Shown here: positions 49,817 through 61,226 of the stretch, piece by piece
How positions within the stretch are numbered: the first letter of the stretch is position 1
Layout of the letters: each line of letters starts with the position of its first letter
Source of the DNA: Armatimonadota bacterium
GTDB taxonomy: Bacteria > Armatimonadota > SYMT01
Direction of reading: 5' to 3'
DNA: 64,000 bases
NCBI GenBank assembly: GCA_046292385.1
Contig: JBKBRF010000004.1
Location: 245,212 to 309,211 of the forward strand
Notes under the pieces: model-generated
Seen by the model: only the letters and a program-made list of their open reading frames with translations
Told to the model about the DNA's origin: nothing
The model's database searches: none
Translations under genes and position numbers: made by a program

Positions 49817-50793
49817 TGTCCGCCACCTCGCGGCGCGAGCTCCTCTGCCGGCTGGCGTTCACGTCGGCCGCGCTCACCGGCGCCGCTGCTGCTCGGGCGG
49901 AGCCGCCCGCCGATCCCCCGCGGGTGGAAGTCACCTCGCGAGAGAACGAGGTCCTGCTCCGGGCCGGCGGCGAGGCGGTGGCGACCTACTGTTTCCGCGA
50001 CCCCGCAATCCCGCGCCCCTACTTCGCCCACGTGAAGGCCCCCGGCGGCATTCAGGTAACGCGCGCCCACCCGCCGGTGCCGGGCCAGGACCCGACCGAT
50101 CACGCCGGGTATCATCCCGGGCTCTTCATGGCGTTCGGAGACCTGAGCGGCGCCGACTCCTGGCGGCTCAAGGCGCTGGTACGGCACGACGGGTTCGCAG
50201 CGCCGCCCCGGAGCGGATCCGGCCGGGGCAGCTTCGCCGTGAAGAACGTCTACCTCTCCGAGAATGGCGCGGGCGTACTTGCGCGGGAGAGATGCCAGGT
50301 CACCCTGCTTACCCGTCCCGCCGGCACGCTCCTGCTCTGGGACTCTCGCTTTACCCCGGGCGAGGTGCCGCTCGTCTTCGGCGATCAGGAAGAGATGGGG
50401 CTGGGTGTCCGTGTCGCGACCCCGCTCACGGTCACCCGCGGCGGCGAGATCCGGGACAGCGAAGGCCGCAAGAACGAGGCGCAGGTCCGCGGCCAGGCTC
50501 CGGACTGGTGCGACTACAGCGGCGTGGTGGACGGCCGCCGCGCCGGCGTCACCCTGATGTCGCACCCGCGGAACTTCCGCCGGAGCTGGATGCACGCCCG
50601 CGACTACGGCATCCTGGTCGCCAACCCGTTCGGCCGCCGCGCGCTCACCGGCGGCGAGGAGAGCCGGGTCGTGGTGCAGCCCGACGCCGCCCTCTCGCTG
50701 CGCTACGGCATCCTGCTCCACAGCTCTCCCGAGGACAAGCCCGTAGACCTCCGCGCCGCCTACCAGGACTACCTCCGCCAGGCGGGAGAGTAG
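49816..50793 (+). CDS. Tat-exported DUF6807/PmoA-like family protein
   Basis: SRRELL signal; RPYFAHV..PGG..VTR.HP, DH..YHPGL, WCDYSG, HPRN...W.HARDYG...ANPF. Confidence 0.75.
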   Translation: MSATSRRELLCRLAFTSAALTGAAAARAEPPADPPRVEVTSRENEVLLRAGGEAVATYCFRDPAIPRPYFAHVKAPGGIQVTRAHPPVPGQDPTDHAGYHPGLFMAFGDLSGADSWRLKALVRHDGFAAPPRSGSGRGSFAVKNVYLSENGAGVLARERCQVTLLTRPAGTLLLWDSRFTPGEVPLVFGDQEEMGLGVRVATPLTVTRGGEIRDSEGRKNEAQVRGQAPDWCDYSGVVDGRRAGVTLMSHPRNFRRSWMHARDYGILVANPFGRRALTGGEESRVVVQPDAALSLRYGILLHSSPEDKPVDLRAAYQDYLRQAGE

Positions 50794-51130
50794 CCAAACA
50801 GCCCGCGCGCCGCGATGGCTGCCCAACTTCGGGAGTCTGGAGGTGCTGCCGCAGGCAGCAACGGAGGGCTCCCTTATGAAGGCCACTGGCGAGGGGCCTT
50901 TGCTTGAGCCGGACGGAGCGGCCCGTGAGTCGCCGCAGCGAAGAAGCCGCAATCCACGGGCGCGGAGCGCAGCCGCCCGAGGATCACGCCCGGACCAGCC
51001 CGCTAGCGGAGCCGAAGGCGGAGCGTGAAAGGGCTGTGGAAGGGCCATTCACGCGGGAGGGCCGCTCCGGGAGGTGAGGGCACGGGGTGGAACCTCGGAA
51101 AGATGGAGGTCCACGAGAGGACGGAAGAAA

Positions 51131-52219
51131 TCAGCGTTGCAGGTCCGACAGGCTCAGCCGCTGCTGCAGTACCACGCCACAATTTTTATCCCGCACCTGA
51201 AGTCGCACCACCGGCGTCGGCTGGTCCCAGTCAATCTCCACGAACCCGAAGTTCGTCTCGAAATAGGTCAGCCCCACGCGGTGCCGGTTGATCTCGTTCC
51301 CGAATCGGACTCGGGCTTTGGAGAAGTTGGGGTTCGGCGCGTTCAGGCTGCTCGAGGTGACGTCGTAGAGCGGGTAGGTGGCCGCGTCTCTGCCGGGCTG
51401 CTGCCGGGAGATCTCCGCCAGGTGCCGGTCGCCGCTCAGGAAGACGACGCCCTCGGCGCCGGTCCGGCGGACCAGCCGGAGTAGTCGCTGCCGCTCCCGC
51501 GGGAAGTTGCCCCAGTGCTCCCAGCCGTGCTCCTCCGAGACGACCTGGATCCCGGAGCCGATCAGGCGGAGGTCGGCCGGGACCCGGAGCTGCGCCTCCA
51601 GCCACTTCCACTGCGTCTCACCCAGGACGGTGGCGGAGGGGTCGTCGTTCGGGACGTAGCTGCCGCGGTAGCCCTCGCCCGGCTCCGTCCGGTTCACGCC
51701 CTTCTTCAGCGGGCCGCGGTGGTAGCGGGCGTCGAGCAGGATGAGCTGCACGCGCCGTCCGGGCGGCCCGAGTAGCTCCGAGTGGTAGATCCCCTCCTGC
51801 CGCCAGCGGGGATCGTCCCTCGGCACTTCGAAAAACTCGAGGAAGACCTGCTGCGATTCGCGCTTCTTCGGGTACTCCGCGCCGCCGTCGTTCACTCCGT
51901 AGTCGTGGTCGTCCCAGGTCGCGCGGATTTCGCAGCTCTCCTTCAGCTTCCGGTAGCCGGGCTGTGCCCCGAGCTGCGCGTACTTCCGGCGAAGCACTTC
52001 CATGTCCTCGGTGTCGCCGTAGATGTTGTCGCCCAGGAAGGTGAAGAGCTGCGGCTTCGTCTCGAGCACCGCCTCCCAGATCGGCTGCGGCTGGTCCTGC
52101 TTCGCGCACGACCCGAACGCGAACCGCCGCAGCGGCTCCTCCTGCGCCGACCGGGTGACGGAAGCCCCGGCGAGCAGGAGCGCGGCGACGGAAAGGGAGG
52201 CGGTGAGGCGGCGGAACAT
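51131..52219 (-). CDS. phoD: Alkaline phosphatase D family protein
   Basis: AFGSC, LGDNIYGD, TWDDHDYG.ND, LLDARY, LGETQWKWL, LSGDRH, TSSSLN. Confidence 0.9.
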   Translation of the reverse strand: MFRRLTASLSVAALLLAGASVTRSAQEEPLRRFAFGSCAKQDQPQPIWEAVLETKPQLFTFLGDNIYGDTEDMEVLRRKYAQLGAQPGYRKLKESCEIRATWDDHDYGVNDGGAEYPKKRESQQVFLEFFEVPRDDPRWRQEGIYHSELLGPPGRRVQLILLDARYHRGPLKKGVNRTEPGEGYRGSYVPNDDPSATVLGETQWKWLEAQLRVPADLRLIGSGIQVVSEEHGWEHWGNFPRERQRLLRLVRRTGAEGVVFLSGDRHLAEISRQQPGRDAATYPLYDVTSSSLNAPNPNFSKARVRFGNEINRHRVGLTYFETNFGFVEIDWDQPTPVVRLQVRDKNCGVVLQQRLSLSDLQR

Positions 52220-52476
52220 ACGTGGGGCTCCTGCGGGGTGGGGGAGTTCGACCGCGTCAACCATATCGCGCCTGGCTGCAGGACTCCTGAACACCGGTTC
52301 GGACCGGAGATAGTTCTGCCGAACGCCAAGAAACGAACCGGAGCCGGGAGTACTCCCAGGTAATCGGTCTGAACATCAGGCGAGACCCGACTCTGCGGTA
52401 GGCGCTCACCAGTCGAGTGTCGAACGTAGCAGGTAGAGAAGGGGACCCGCGCCGTTGCGGGCCCTGAGGAGATCGG

Positions 52477-55113
52477 ATGGGCTCCCGCTGGATCTATCCC
52501 GCCGCCGCGCTGGCGCTCACGCTCGCCGCGTGCGGCACGCTGCTGGCGCAGGATCGCGTCGACTACCTCCGCCAGGTTAAGCCGGTGCTGACGGAGCGGT
52601 GCGTGGCGTGCCACGGCGTGCTGAAGCAGCAGGGCGGCTTGCGGCTGGATACGGCGGCATTCGCGCGGAAGGGTGGGAACAGCGGCCCGGCGGTCCGGCC
52701 GGGCAGCCCGGCGGCGAGCCCGCTGATCAAGCGGGTGATGGCGCCGGAGCACGGCGGGCGGATGCCGCCGGAGGGGGAGCCGCTCAAGCCGGAGGAGATC
52801 CGGTCGCTGAAGCTCTGGATCGAGCAGAACGCAGCGGCGCCCGCGGACGAGCAGCCGGAGCAGGATCCCCGCGAGCACTGGTCGTTCCGGCCGGTCCGCA
52901 AGCCGCCGGTCCCGAAGCCGAAGACCGCGAAGTGGGCGCGGAACCCGATCGACGCCTTCCTCGCCCAGCGCTACGAGCAGCAGGGCCTCAAGCCGCAGCC
53001 GGAAGCGCCGCGGCTGGTGCTGATCCGCCGCCTCTACCTCGACCTGATCGGCCTGCCGCCCTCGCCGGAGGAGCTGGAGCGCGCGGCGACGGACCGCGAC
53101 ATCGGCTGGTACGAGCGGCTGGTCAACCGGCTGCTGGCAGATCCGCGCCACGGCGAGCGGTGGGCGCGCCAGTGGATGGATATCTGGCGCTACAGCGACT
53201 GGTGGGGGCTGGGCGACCAGCTTCGGAACAGCCAGGCGCACATCTGGCACTGGCGCGACTGGATGGTCGAGTCGCTGAACGCCGACACCCCCTACGACGA
53301 GATGGTCCGGCAGATGCTCGCGGCGGACGAGCTCTACCCGAACGACCTGGACAAGCTGCGCGCCACCGGCTTTCTCGCCCGCAACTTCTACCTCTTCAAC
53401 CGCCACCAGTGGATGGAAGAGACGGTCGAGCACGTCAGCAAGGGCTTCCTGGGGCTGACCGTCAACTGCGCCAAGTGCCACGACCACAAGTACGATCCGA
53501 TCCGCCAGGCCGACTTCTACCGTCTCCGCGCCTTCTTCGAGCCGTATCACGTCCGGCTCGACATGGTGCCCGGCGAGCCGGACCTCGCGCGGGACGGCAT
53601 TCCCCGCGCCTTCGACGGCGAGCTGGAGACGCCGACCTACCTCTTCATCCGCGGGCAGGAGAGCCAGCCGGACAAGAGCGCGCCGATGACCCCCGGCGTG
53701 CCGTCGCTGCTGGCGTTCAAGCCGCTCGCGATTCAGCCGGTCCCCCTTCCGGTCGAGGCGTACCAGCCGGAGCGCCGCCCCTGGGTGTTCGAGGCACACC
53801 TCGGCGCCGCCCGTGCGAAGGTCGAGGCCGCGCGGATCGCGATGCGGCAAGGCGCGGACAGCCCTTCGGCGCGGGCGCGGCTGGGGGTAGCAGAGGCGGA
53901 GCTGGCGCGCGTGGAGAAGGCCGCGGCCGCGATGAAAGCGGAGTGGGCGCGGGCGGGCGCGGAGCGGAGCGACCCGGCGCTCGACCGCGCCGAGCAGCAG
54001 GCCCGGGAAGCGGCGGTGCGCGCCGAGCGGGAGCTGGGCGCGTCGCGGGCGCGGCTGGGAGTCGCGCTGGCAGAGGAGAAGGTCGCGGCGGCCGCCGCCG
54101 ACCAGCAGCCGGAGCGGGAGAAGGAGCTCGCCGCGGCGAAGACGGCGCTGAACCAGGCGCTGGAAAAGCTTTCCGCAAAAGTGGGGCCGCAGGAGACCTA
54201 TTCCCGCCTCCCCGGCGCGCAGTGGACCCCCACCCGGTTCAAGTTCTCCGGCAGCGATGATCCGGCGGTGCCGTTCGTCCCGCAGAGCAGCGGCCGGCGC
54301 ACCGCGCTGGCGGACTGGATCACCGACCGCCGCAACCCGCTCACGGCGCGCGTGGCGGTGAACCACCTCTGGACCCGGCACGTGGGCGTGCCGCTCGTGC
54401 CGACCGTGTTCGACTTCGGCCGGAACGGCAGCGAGCCGACCCACCCGGAGCTGCTCGACTGGCTGGCGGCCGAATTCATGGAAAAGGGGTGGAGCATGAA
54501 ACACCTCCACCGGCTAATCGTCACCTCCGCCGCTTACCGAATGTCGTCGTCCCAGCGCGGGGCGGAGGCGAACCGGGCGAAGGACCCGGACAACCGCCAC
54601 TTCTGGCGCCGCGAGCCGGTGCGGGTGGAGGCGGAGGTCGTGCGGGACTCGCTGCTCGCCCTCGCCGGCACGCTTGAGGGCAAGCGCGGCGGCCCGCCGG
54701 TCCCCGCGGGAGAGCAGGCGGCGTCGCGGCGGCGGAGCCTTTACTTCTTCCACTCGGACATCGACCGCAACCTGTTCCTGACCACCTTCGACGGCGCGGC
54801 GGTGCGGGAGTGCTACCGGAGAGACGAGAGCATCGTCCCGCAGCAGGCGCTGGCGCTCACCAACAGCGCGCTGGTCCTCGACACCGCCGGCCAGATCGCC
54901 GAGCGCCTCTCCCAGGGAGCCGCCGCGGCGGACGAGACCGCCTTCATCCGGCGCGCCTTCGCGGCGGTGCTCGGGAGCGAGGCGAGCGAGGCGGAGCTTG
55001 CCGCCAGCCGGAAGGCTCTCGCGGCCTGGCGAGCCCAGGGCCCAGCCGGCGCGGAGCGGAAGCACTTCGTCTGGGCGCTGCTCAACCACAACGACTTCGT
55101 CACCCTGCGGTGA
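52477..55113 (+). CDS. Planctomycete cytochrome c plus DUF1549/DUF1553 protein with coiled-coil insert
   Basis: [54 protein letters not shown]. Confidence 0.9.
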   Translation: MGSRWIYPAAALALTLAACGTLLAQDRVDYLRQVKPVLTERCVACHGVLKQQGGLRLDTAAFARKGGNSGPAVRPGSPAASPLIKRVMAPEHGGRMPPEGEPLKPEEIRSLKLWIEQNAAAPADEQPEQDPREHWSFRPVRKPPVPKPKTAKWARNPIDAFLAQRYEQQGLKPQPEAPRLVLIRRLYLDLIGLPPSPEELERAATDRDIGWYERLVNRLLADPRHGERWARQWMDIWRYSDWWGLGDQLRNSQAHIWHWRDWMVESLNADTPYDEMVRQMLAADELYPNDLDKLRATGFLARNFYLFNRHQWMEETVEHVSKGFLGLTVNCAKCHDHKYDPIRQADFYRLRAFFEPYHVRLDMVPGEPDLARDGIPRAFDGELETPTYLFIRGQESQPDKSAPMTPGVPSLLAFKPLAIQPVPLPVEAYQPERRPWVFEAHLGAARAKVEAARIAMRQGADSPSARARLGVAEAELARVEKAAAAMKAEWARAGAERSDPALDRAEQQAREAAVRAERELGASRARLGVALAEEKVAAAAADQQPEREKELAAAKTALNQALEKLSAKVGPQETYSRLPGAQWTPTRFKFSGSDDPAVPFVPQSSGRRTALADWITDRRNPLTARVAVNHLWTRHVGVPLVPTVFDFGRNGSEPTHPELLDWLAAEFMEKGWSMKHLHRLIVTSAAYRMSSSQRGAEANRAKDPDNRHFWRREPVRVEAEVVRDSLLALAGTLEGKRGGPPVPAGEQAASRRRSLYFFHSDIDRNLFLTTFDGAAVRECYRRDESIVPQQALALTNSALVLDTAGQIAERLSQGAAAADETAFIRRAFAAVLGSEASEAELAASRKALAAWRAQGPAGAERKHFVWALLNHNDFVTLR

Positions 55114-55130
55114 CCCGCTGGACACGCACC

Positions 55131-56600
55131 ATGGCTCACTGGAAGAGAAACCCCCTGCACCCCGGCACCGGCCGCCGCTCCCGGCGCGTGTTCCTGACCG
55201 ACATGGGGATGGGCTTCACCGGCCTGGCGCTGGCGGCGATACTCCAGCGGGACGGCTACGCGTCGGCTCCAGGCTGGTCGCCGCCGGACGGCCGGCCGCA
55301 CTTCACCCCGAAGGCGAAGAGCGTGATCTGGCTCTTCATGAACGGCGGGGTGAGTCACCTGGAGAGCTTCGATCCGAAGCCGATGGTGACGAAGTACGCC
55401 GGAAAGACGATCAAGGAGACGCCGTTCGCGGACGTGCAGGATCCGAAGAAGCTCGCCATCGAGCGCGCGGTGGTGCCGGACGCGAACGGCAACCAGCGCA
55501 ACACGCTCTTCCCGCTGCAGACCGGCTTCCAGCGGCATGGGGAGAGCGGCCTCGCCGTCAGCGACTGGTTCCCGCACATCGCGCGGAATGCCGACCGGCT
55601 GGCGGTGGTGCGCTCGATGTGGACGACCGACAGCAACCACGGCGCGCAGACCGAGTTCCACAGCGGTCGCAACCGGCTGGACGGCGACTATCCCACGCTC
55701 GGCGCGTGGGTCCACTTCGGCCTCGGCACGCTGAACCAGAACCTGCCGCAGTTCATCTCGATCGGCACCCGCGAGTACTGGAACAAGAAGGACGGCCACT
55801 ACCTCGGCCCGGCGCACGACGCGGTGCCGCTCCGGATCGATCCGAAGAACCCGCTCGACTTCGGCCGCCCGGAGCGACCGCTCGGGGCGGAGGCACACGC
55901 CACCGGGGTGGAGCTGATCCGGGAATTGAACCGACTGCGCGGCATCGACTACCCGGACGACCCGGCGCTCTCCGCCCGCATCGCTTCTTACGAGCTGGCG
56001 TTCCGGATGCAGCAGTCGATCCCGGAAGTGCTCGACTTCTCCAAAGAGACGGCGAAGACGCAGGAGCTGTACGGACTCAACCTGCCGCACTGCCGCGAGT
56101 TCGGCGCGCAGCTCCTGGCGGCCCGACGGTTCGTGGAACGGGGCGTGCGCTTCATCCAGATCCAGCACGGGGGTGGGGGCGCGGGCGCCTGGGACTCCCA
56201 CAGCGGCCTCAAGGACGGTCACTCCCGCCTGGCGCTGCAGGTCGACCAGCCGATCGGCGCGCTCCTGGAAGACCTGCACCAGCGTGGGCTGCTGGAGGAG
56301 ACGCTGGTCGTCTTCGCCACCGAGTTCGGCCGCACGCCCGGATCGCAGGGCGCGGACGGCCGCGACCACCACATCTTCGGCTTCAGCGTCTGGATGGCGG
56401 GCGGCGGCCTCAAAGGCGGGGTGGTGCACGGCGCGACGGACGAGATCGGCTTCCACGCGGTGGCGGATCGTCACTACGTCACCGACATTCACGCCACCAT
56501 CCTGCACCAGCTCGGGCTCGACTCCCGCAAGCTGGAGATCCCCGGGCGGAAGCGGCTGGATATCGACCACGGCAGGCCGATCCACGAGATCATCGCCTGA
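55131..56600 (+). CDS. DUF1501 family protein
   Basis: SRRVFL Tat-like signal, [42 protein letters not shown]. Confidence 0.9.
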   Translation: MAHWKRNPLHPGTGRRSRRVFLTDMGMGFTGLALAAILQRDGYASAPGWSPPDGRPHFTPKAKSVIWLFMNGGVSHLESFDPKPMVTKYAGKTIKETPFADVQDPKKLAIERAVVPDANGNQRNTLFPLQTGFQRHGESGLAVSDWFPHIARNADRLAVVRSMWTTDSNHGAQTEFHSGRNRLDGDYPTLGAWVHFGLGTLNQNLPQFISIGTREYWNKKDGHYLGPAHDAVPLRIDPKNPLDFGRPERPLGAEAHATGVELIRELNRLRGIDYPDDPALSARIASYELAFRMQQSIPEVLDFSKETAKTQELYGLNLPHCREFGAQLLAARRFVERGVRFIQIQHGGGGAGAWDSHSGLKDGHSRLALQVDQPIGALLEDLHQRGLLEETLVVFATEFGRTPGSQGADGRDHHIFGFSVWMAGGGLKGGVVHGATDEIGFHAVADRHYVTDIHATILHQLGLDSRKLEIPGRKRLDIDHGRPIHEIIA

Positions 56601-56613
56601 AAACTGCGTGGGA

Positions 56614-56823
56614 GAGTGGGCGCAAGGGAGAGTGGGAGAGGCCACCCGCGGGCGCGGCGATCTCTCGGCGGAGCGGGCAGCCGTCCCGGAGCCTCCCCGA
56701 GAAAGAGAACGAGAAGGAGAAAGAGAAGGACCCTCCGTTCCCGAAAGGTTCGGACTCAGCGCTCATCCCTCATCGTTCATCCTTCTGCCTCACCCACTCG
56801 TCCACTCTCCCTTGCGCCCACTC
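56614..56823. repeat. Inverted-repeat cassette with internal short tandem repeats
   Basis: Perfect 22-bp IR GAGTGGGCGCAAGGGAGAGTGG (56614-56635) / 56802-56823, enclosing GAGAAG hexamers and TCATCC-type heptamers. Confidence 0.78.
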
Positions 56824-56867
56824 CAGCCCGTTAGAAGTAGCTGCACCGACTGTTAGAGAGAGCCCCG

Positions 56868-59800
56868 TTGAAACCTGTCTTCACCCTTCACGCAACACTC
56901 CTCCGGCCCCGGCCGCTGCTGTCCGCGCTGGCGGTTCTGGCGGCCTGCGGGGTCGGGCTGGCGGCGCGCACCCCCGCGCCGTCTCCGTTCGCGGCGCTCT
57001 CCAAGGAGTACCAGCGGGAGATCCGCCCGCTGATGAAGCAGTACTGCCTCGGGTGCCACTCCACCGCGAAAAAGGCGGGCGAGCTGGACCTGGAGCGGTT
57101 CTCCACCCTGGCGGAGGCCCGGCGCGGCGCGGCGGCGTGGACGCACGTGGTGGAGATGCTCGAGAGCCGGGAGATGCCGCCGAAGGGCGCGAAGCAGCCG
57201 ACGCAGCCCCAGCGGGCGAAGCTGGTCTCCTGGGTGCAGCGGTTCCTCGACGCCGAAGCCCGCTCCAACCCGGGCGACCCGGGGCCGGTGGTGCTGCGGC
57301 GGCTGAACAACGCGGAGTACACCTATACGGTCCGGGACCTCACCGGCATTCCTGATCTCGATCCCGCCCGCGAGTTTCCGTCCGACAGCGCCGCCGGGGA
57401 GGGCTTTACCAACACCGGCGCCTCGCTGGTGATGTCGCCGGCGATGCTGACGAAGTATCTCGACGCGGGCAAGGAGATCGCGGATCACTCCGTGCTGCTG
57501 CCGAACGGCTTCCGCTTCTCCCGCCACGCCACCCGGGCCGACTGGACCAACGAGCTGCTGGACGACATCCGGTCGCTCTATGCCCGCTACTCCGACTCCT
57601 CCGGCGCGGAGACGGTCAACCTGCAGGGGATCGTCTTCAACACCAACGAGGGCGGTCGGCTGCCGGTGGAGCGGTACCTCTCGGCGCTGCTCGCGGAGCG
57701 GCAGGCGCTGCAGTCGGGGGTAAAGACGGTGGCCGCCGTCGCCGCCGAGCGGAAGCTGAGCGCGCGGTATCTCGGCCTCCTCTGGACCGCGCTGAACGAG
57801 CAGCAGGAGTCTCCACTGCTCGACTCCGTGCGGGCGCAGTGGCGCGCCGCGAAGCCGGACGGCACCGCCGCGCTGGCGGCCAACGTCTCCCGCTGGCAGA
57901 AGGCGCTCTGGAAGTTCAACACCGTCGGCCAGATCGGGCGGAGTGACGGGCCGAAGTCGTGGCAGGAGGCGGTGAGCCCCCTCGCTGCCTCGCGGGAGCT
58001 GCGCGTCAAGCTGCCGGACGCCGGCGGTAAGGACGTGTCGCTCTTCCTCTCCGCGGGCGACGCGGGCGACGGGCCAGCGGGCGACTTCGCCCTCTGGAGC
58101 CGCCCGCGGCTCGTCACCCCCGGCCGTCCCGACGTGCTGCTGCGGGACCTGCGAGACTTTTCCCGGGAGCTGACCGCCCGCCGCGAGCGGCTGCACGCCG
58201 CGGCGGCGAAGGCGCTGGCGGCGGCGGACGCGGCGTCGCGCGGCGGCGACGATCCGGACCTCGCCGCCCTCGCGCGGGAGCACCAGGTCGACCGGGAGCT
58301 GCTGACCGACTGGCTCGATTACCTCGGCATCGGCGTCAGCGGCCCGGTGACGCTGAGCCACTTCAAGAAGCAGGACAGCGGGGTCGGCGGGCACGCCTTT
58401 ATCAACGGCTGGAGCTCCCCGGACCTGCCGAGCCTCGTCGCGAACTCGTCGAACCAGGCGGTGCGCATCCCCGGCAACGTAAAGCCGGGCGGGGTCTGTG
58501 TCCATCCCACGCCCGCGCTCAACGCCTGTGTCGGATGGGAGAGCCCGATCGCCGACTCGGTGCGGATCGAAGGGGTGGTCACCCACGCTCATCCGGAGTG
58601 CGGCAACGGCGTCACCTGGGCGGTGGAGCTGCGCCGCGGCACCCGCCGGCAGCGGCTCGCCGCGGGCGTGGCCCAGGGTGCCGGCGCGGCACGCTTTGCC
58701 GTGGACGCGCCGGTGGCCGTGCGGAAGGGAGACCTCGTCTCGCTCGTCATCGGGCCGCGGAACAACGACCACTCCTGCGACCTGACGGACCTGGAGCTGA
58801 TCCTGAAGCCGGCGGGTGATCCGAACCGGACCTGGAGCCTGACCGCCGACGTGGCGAAGGACGTGCTGGCCGGCAACCCGCACGCGGACCGCTTCGGCAA
58901 TCCCGGCGTGTGGCACTTCTACTCGGAGCCGGTGAGCGGCGCGGACCCGGAGGCGGCGGTGCCGCCGGGCTCCCTCCTCGCGCGCTGGCAGTCCGCCGCG
59001 ACTCCCGAGGAGCGCCGGACGCTGGCGCAGGCGCTGGAGAAGCTGCTGGCGGGGAACGCCCCGGCCGACGCGAAGTCGCCGGACGCCGCTCTCTACCGGC
59101 AGCTGTCGTCACTCAACGGACCGCTGCTCAGCCGCGGGTGGCGGCAGCTCGCCGGCGCGCCCCGGGAGCCGGGAGCGAAGTCGACGCGCGGTGACATCGG
59201 GCTCGATCCGGCGCTTTTCGGCCGTCACCCGCGAGGCGGGCAGATCGACCCGGTCCACCTCTGCGTCCAGGCCCCCAGCACACTCGAGGTCCGCGTTCCG
59301 GCGGAGCTGGCCGTCGGCGCGGAACTGGTTACCGGCGCGTCGCTCTCCTCCTCGGACGACAACGGCAGCGTCCAGATGCAGGTTTTCACCGCCCGCCCGG
59401 ACGGGCACGGCCTCTCTCCCGACGCGCCGATCCTGGCAGCGGACGGCAGCCCCGCGCGCAAGCGGTTCGAGCAGGGGTTCGCGGAGTTCCGCGCGCTCTT
59501 CCCCTCGGCGCTCTGTTACCCCAAGATCGTGCCGGTCGACGAAGTGGTCACGCTGATCCTCTTCTACCGGGAAGACGAACCGCTGCAGCGCCTGATGCTG
59601 ACCGATCGCGAGAAGCAGGAGCTGGACCGCCTCTGGACCGAGCTGGAGTGGGTCAGCCAAAAGCCGCTGAAGCAGGTGACCGCGCTGGAGCAGATCCGCG
59701 AGTTCGCCACGCAGGACCGGCCCGACCTGGTGCCGCAGTTCGACGCCCTGCGGGAGCCGGTGAAGCAGGCGGCGGAGGAATTCCAGCGGCAGCTCGCCGC

Positions 59801-61049
59801 CGCCGAGCCGCGGCAGGTGGGGCATCTCCTGAGCTTCGCCTCGAAGGCGTACCGCCGGCCGCTCACCGCGCGGGAGACGGCCGATCTCCGGGCGCTGTAT
59901 CAGGAGCTGCGGGGTGAGGAGCTCTCGCACGAGGAAGCGTTCCGTCTCATCCTGGCGCGTATCTTCACCGCGCCGGCGTTCCTCTACCGCCTGGAAGAGG
60001 CGCCGGGCACCGCCGGGGCGGCGCCGGTCTCCGACTGGGAGCTGGCGAGCCGGATGAGCTACTTCCTCTGGTCCTCGGCGCCGGACGACGCGCTTCGCGC
60101 CGCGGCCGCTTCCGGCACGCTGCGCCAGCCGAAGGTGCTCTCGGCGCAGCTCCGCCGCATGCTGAAGGACCCGAAGATCCGCCGCCTGGCGACGGAGTTC
60201 GCCTGCCAGTGGCTCAACATCTACGAGTTCGATGCCCTCGACGAGAAGAGCGAGCGGCACTTCCCCGAGTTCGCGGCGCTGCGCGGCGACATGTATGAAG
60301 AGGCGATCCGGTTCTTCACCGACCTGTTCCAGAGCGACGCGTCGGTGGTGAGCATCTTCGACGCGGACCACACCTTCGTGAACGCGCGCCTGGCAAAGTT
60401 CTACGGCCTGCCGGAGACGCCGGGCCTCACCGACGAGACGTGGCGTCGGGTGGACGGCGTGCGGAAGCACGACCGCGGCGGGATCCTCGGCCTGGCGGCG
60501 ACACTCGCGAAGCAGTCCGGCGCCTCGCGCAGCAGCCCGATCCTGCGCGGCACCTGGGTGAGTGAGGTGCTCCTGGGCGAGCGGCTGCCGCGCCCGCCGA
60601 AAGACGTGCCGCAGCTTCCGGACGAGGTCGCCGTCGACGGCCTCACCGTCCGCGAGCTGACCGCCCGCCACGTGAGCGACCCCCGCTGCTCCGGCTGCCA
60701 CGCGCGCATCGATCCGTTCGGCTTCTCGCTGGAGGGCTTCGACGCGATCGGGCGGCGGCGGACGGTCGACGCCGGCAAGCCGGTCGACACGAAGACCCGC
60801 ACTCCGGACGGCAAGCCGATCGAGGGGCTCGCCGGGCTGCGCGCCTACCTGCTGCAGGCGCGGCGAGATCAGGTCCTCGGCCAGTTCTACCGCAAGCTCC
60901 TCGGCTACTCGCTCGGTCGCGCCGTCCAGCTCTCGGACGAGCCGCTCCTGACGGAGATGGAGCGGAAGCTGGCGGCCAACGGCTACCGCTTCTCCACCGC
61001 CGCGGAGCTGATCGTGCAGAGTCGCCAGTTCCGCTACAAGCGAAACTGA
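56868..61049 (+). CDS. Cytochrome c plus DUF1587/1592/1595/1588/1585 multidomain protein
   Basis: CLGCH, RRLNNAEY..TVRDL, WELASRMSYFLWSSAPD, RGGILG, SSPILRG.WV, CSGCH..IDP.GF.LE.FD.IG, LLGYSLGR; TTG start. Confidence 0.88.
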   Translation: MKPVFTLHATLLRPRPLLSALAVLAACGVGLAARTPAPSPFAALSKEYQREIRPLMKQYCLGCHSTAKKAGELDLERFSTLAEARRGAAAWTHVVEMLESREMPPKGAKQPTQPQRAKLVSWVQRFLDAEARSNPGDPGPVVLRRLNNAEYTYTVRDLTGIPDLDPAREFPSDSAAGEGFTNTGASLVMSPAMLTKYLDAGKEIADHSVLLPNGFRFSRHATRADWTNELLDDIRSLYARYSDSSGAETVNLQGIVFNTNEGGRLPVERYLSALLAERQALQSGVKTVAAVAAERKLSARYLGLLWTALNEQQESPLLDSVRAQWRAAKPDGTAALAANVSRWQKALWKFNTVGQIGRSDGPKSWQEAVSPLAASRELRVKLPDAGGKDVSLFLSAGDAGDGPAGDFALWSRPRLVTPGRPDVLLRDLRDFSRELTARRERLHAAAAKALAAADAASRGGDDPDLAALAREHQVDRELLTDWLDYLGIGVSGPVTLSHFKKQDSGVGGHAFINGWSSPDLPSLVANSSNQAVRIPGNVKPGGVCVHPTPALNACVGWESPIADSVRIEGVVTHAHPECGNGVTWAVELRRGTRRQRLAAGVAQGAGAARFAVDAPVAVRKGDLVSLVIGPRNNDHSCDLTDLELILKPAGDPNRTWSLTADVAKDVLAGNPHADRFGNPGVWHFYSEPVSGADPEAAVPPGSLLARWQSAATPEERRTLAQALEKLLAGNAPADAKSPDAALYRQLSSLNGPLLSRGWRQLAGAPREPGAKSTRGDIGLDPALFGRHPRGGQIDPVHLCVQAPSTLEVRVPAELAVGAELVTGASLSSSDDNGSVQMQVFTARPDGHGLSPDAPILAADGSPARKRFEQGFAEFRALFPSALCYPKIVPVDEVVTLILFYREDEPLQRLMLTDREKQELDRLWTELEWVSQKPLKQVTALEQIREFATQDRPDLVPQFDALREPVKQAAEEFQRQLAAAEPRQVGHLLSFASKAYRRPLTARETADLRALYQELRGEELSHEEAFRLILARIFTAPAFLYRLEEAPGTAGAAPVSDWELASRMSYFLWSSAPDDALRAAAASGTLRQPKVLSAQLRRMLKDPKIRRLATEFACQWLNIYEFDALDEKSERHFPEFAALRGDMYEEAIRFFTDLFQSDASVVSIFDADHTFVNARLAKFYGLPETPGLTDETWRRVDGVRKHDRGGILGLAATLAKQSGASRSSPILRGTWVSEVLLGERLPRPPKDVPQLPDEVAVDGLTVRELTARHVSDPRCSGCHARIDPFGFSLEGFDAIGRRRTVDAGKPVDTKTRTPDGKPIEGLAGLRAYLLQARRDQVLGQFYRKLLGYSLGRAVQLSDEPLLTEMERKLAANGYRFSTAAELIVQSRQFRYKRN

Positions 61050-61071
61050 AGTTCAGGAGAGAAGGGCACGG

Positions 61072-61113
61072 CGCCGGAGCGCGCACTGGAGTGGAGCAGT
61101 GCGCGCTCCGGCG
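61072..61113 (+). terminator. Hairpin after the DUF1592 gene
   Basis: 17-bp perfect stem CGCCGGAGCGCGCACTG / CAGTGCGCGCTCCGGCG. Confidence 0.6.
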
Positions 61114-61226
61114 GGTCGAAGAGAGTGAGTGATAGAGAGCGGCCGTTCGCCGGTATCAGGACAGAATCACCCCGAGTGTACGGGCGCACGAGCAGACAGA
61201 GAGCCATGTAAGCCTGGATCCTGGAG

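Noticed and set aside
49816..50793. Particulate methane monooxygenase subunit
   Set aside because: The PmoA-like label belongs to a soluble exported family; there are no TM helices or pmoCB neighbours.
50794..51130. Possible ncRNA or small ORF between convergent genes
   Set aside because: Purine-rich with short hairpins, but no convincing structure, RBS or coding signal.
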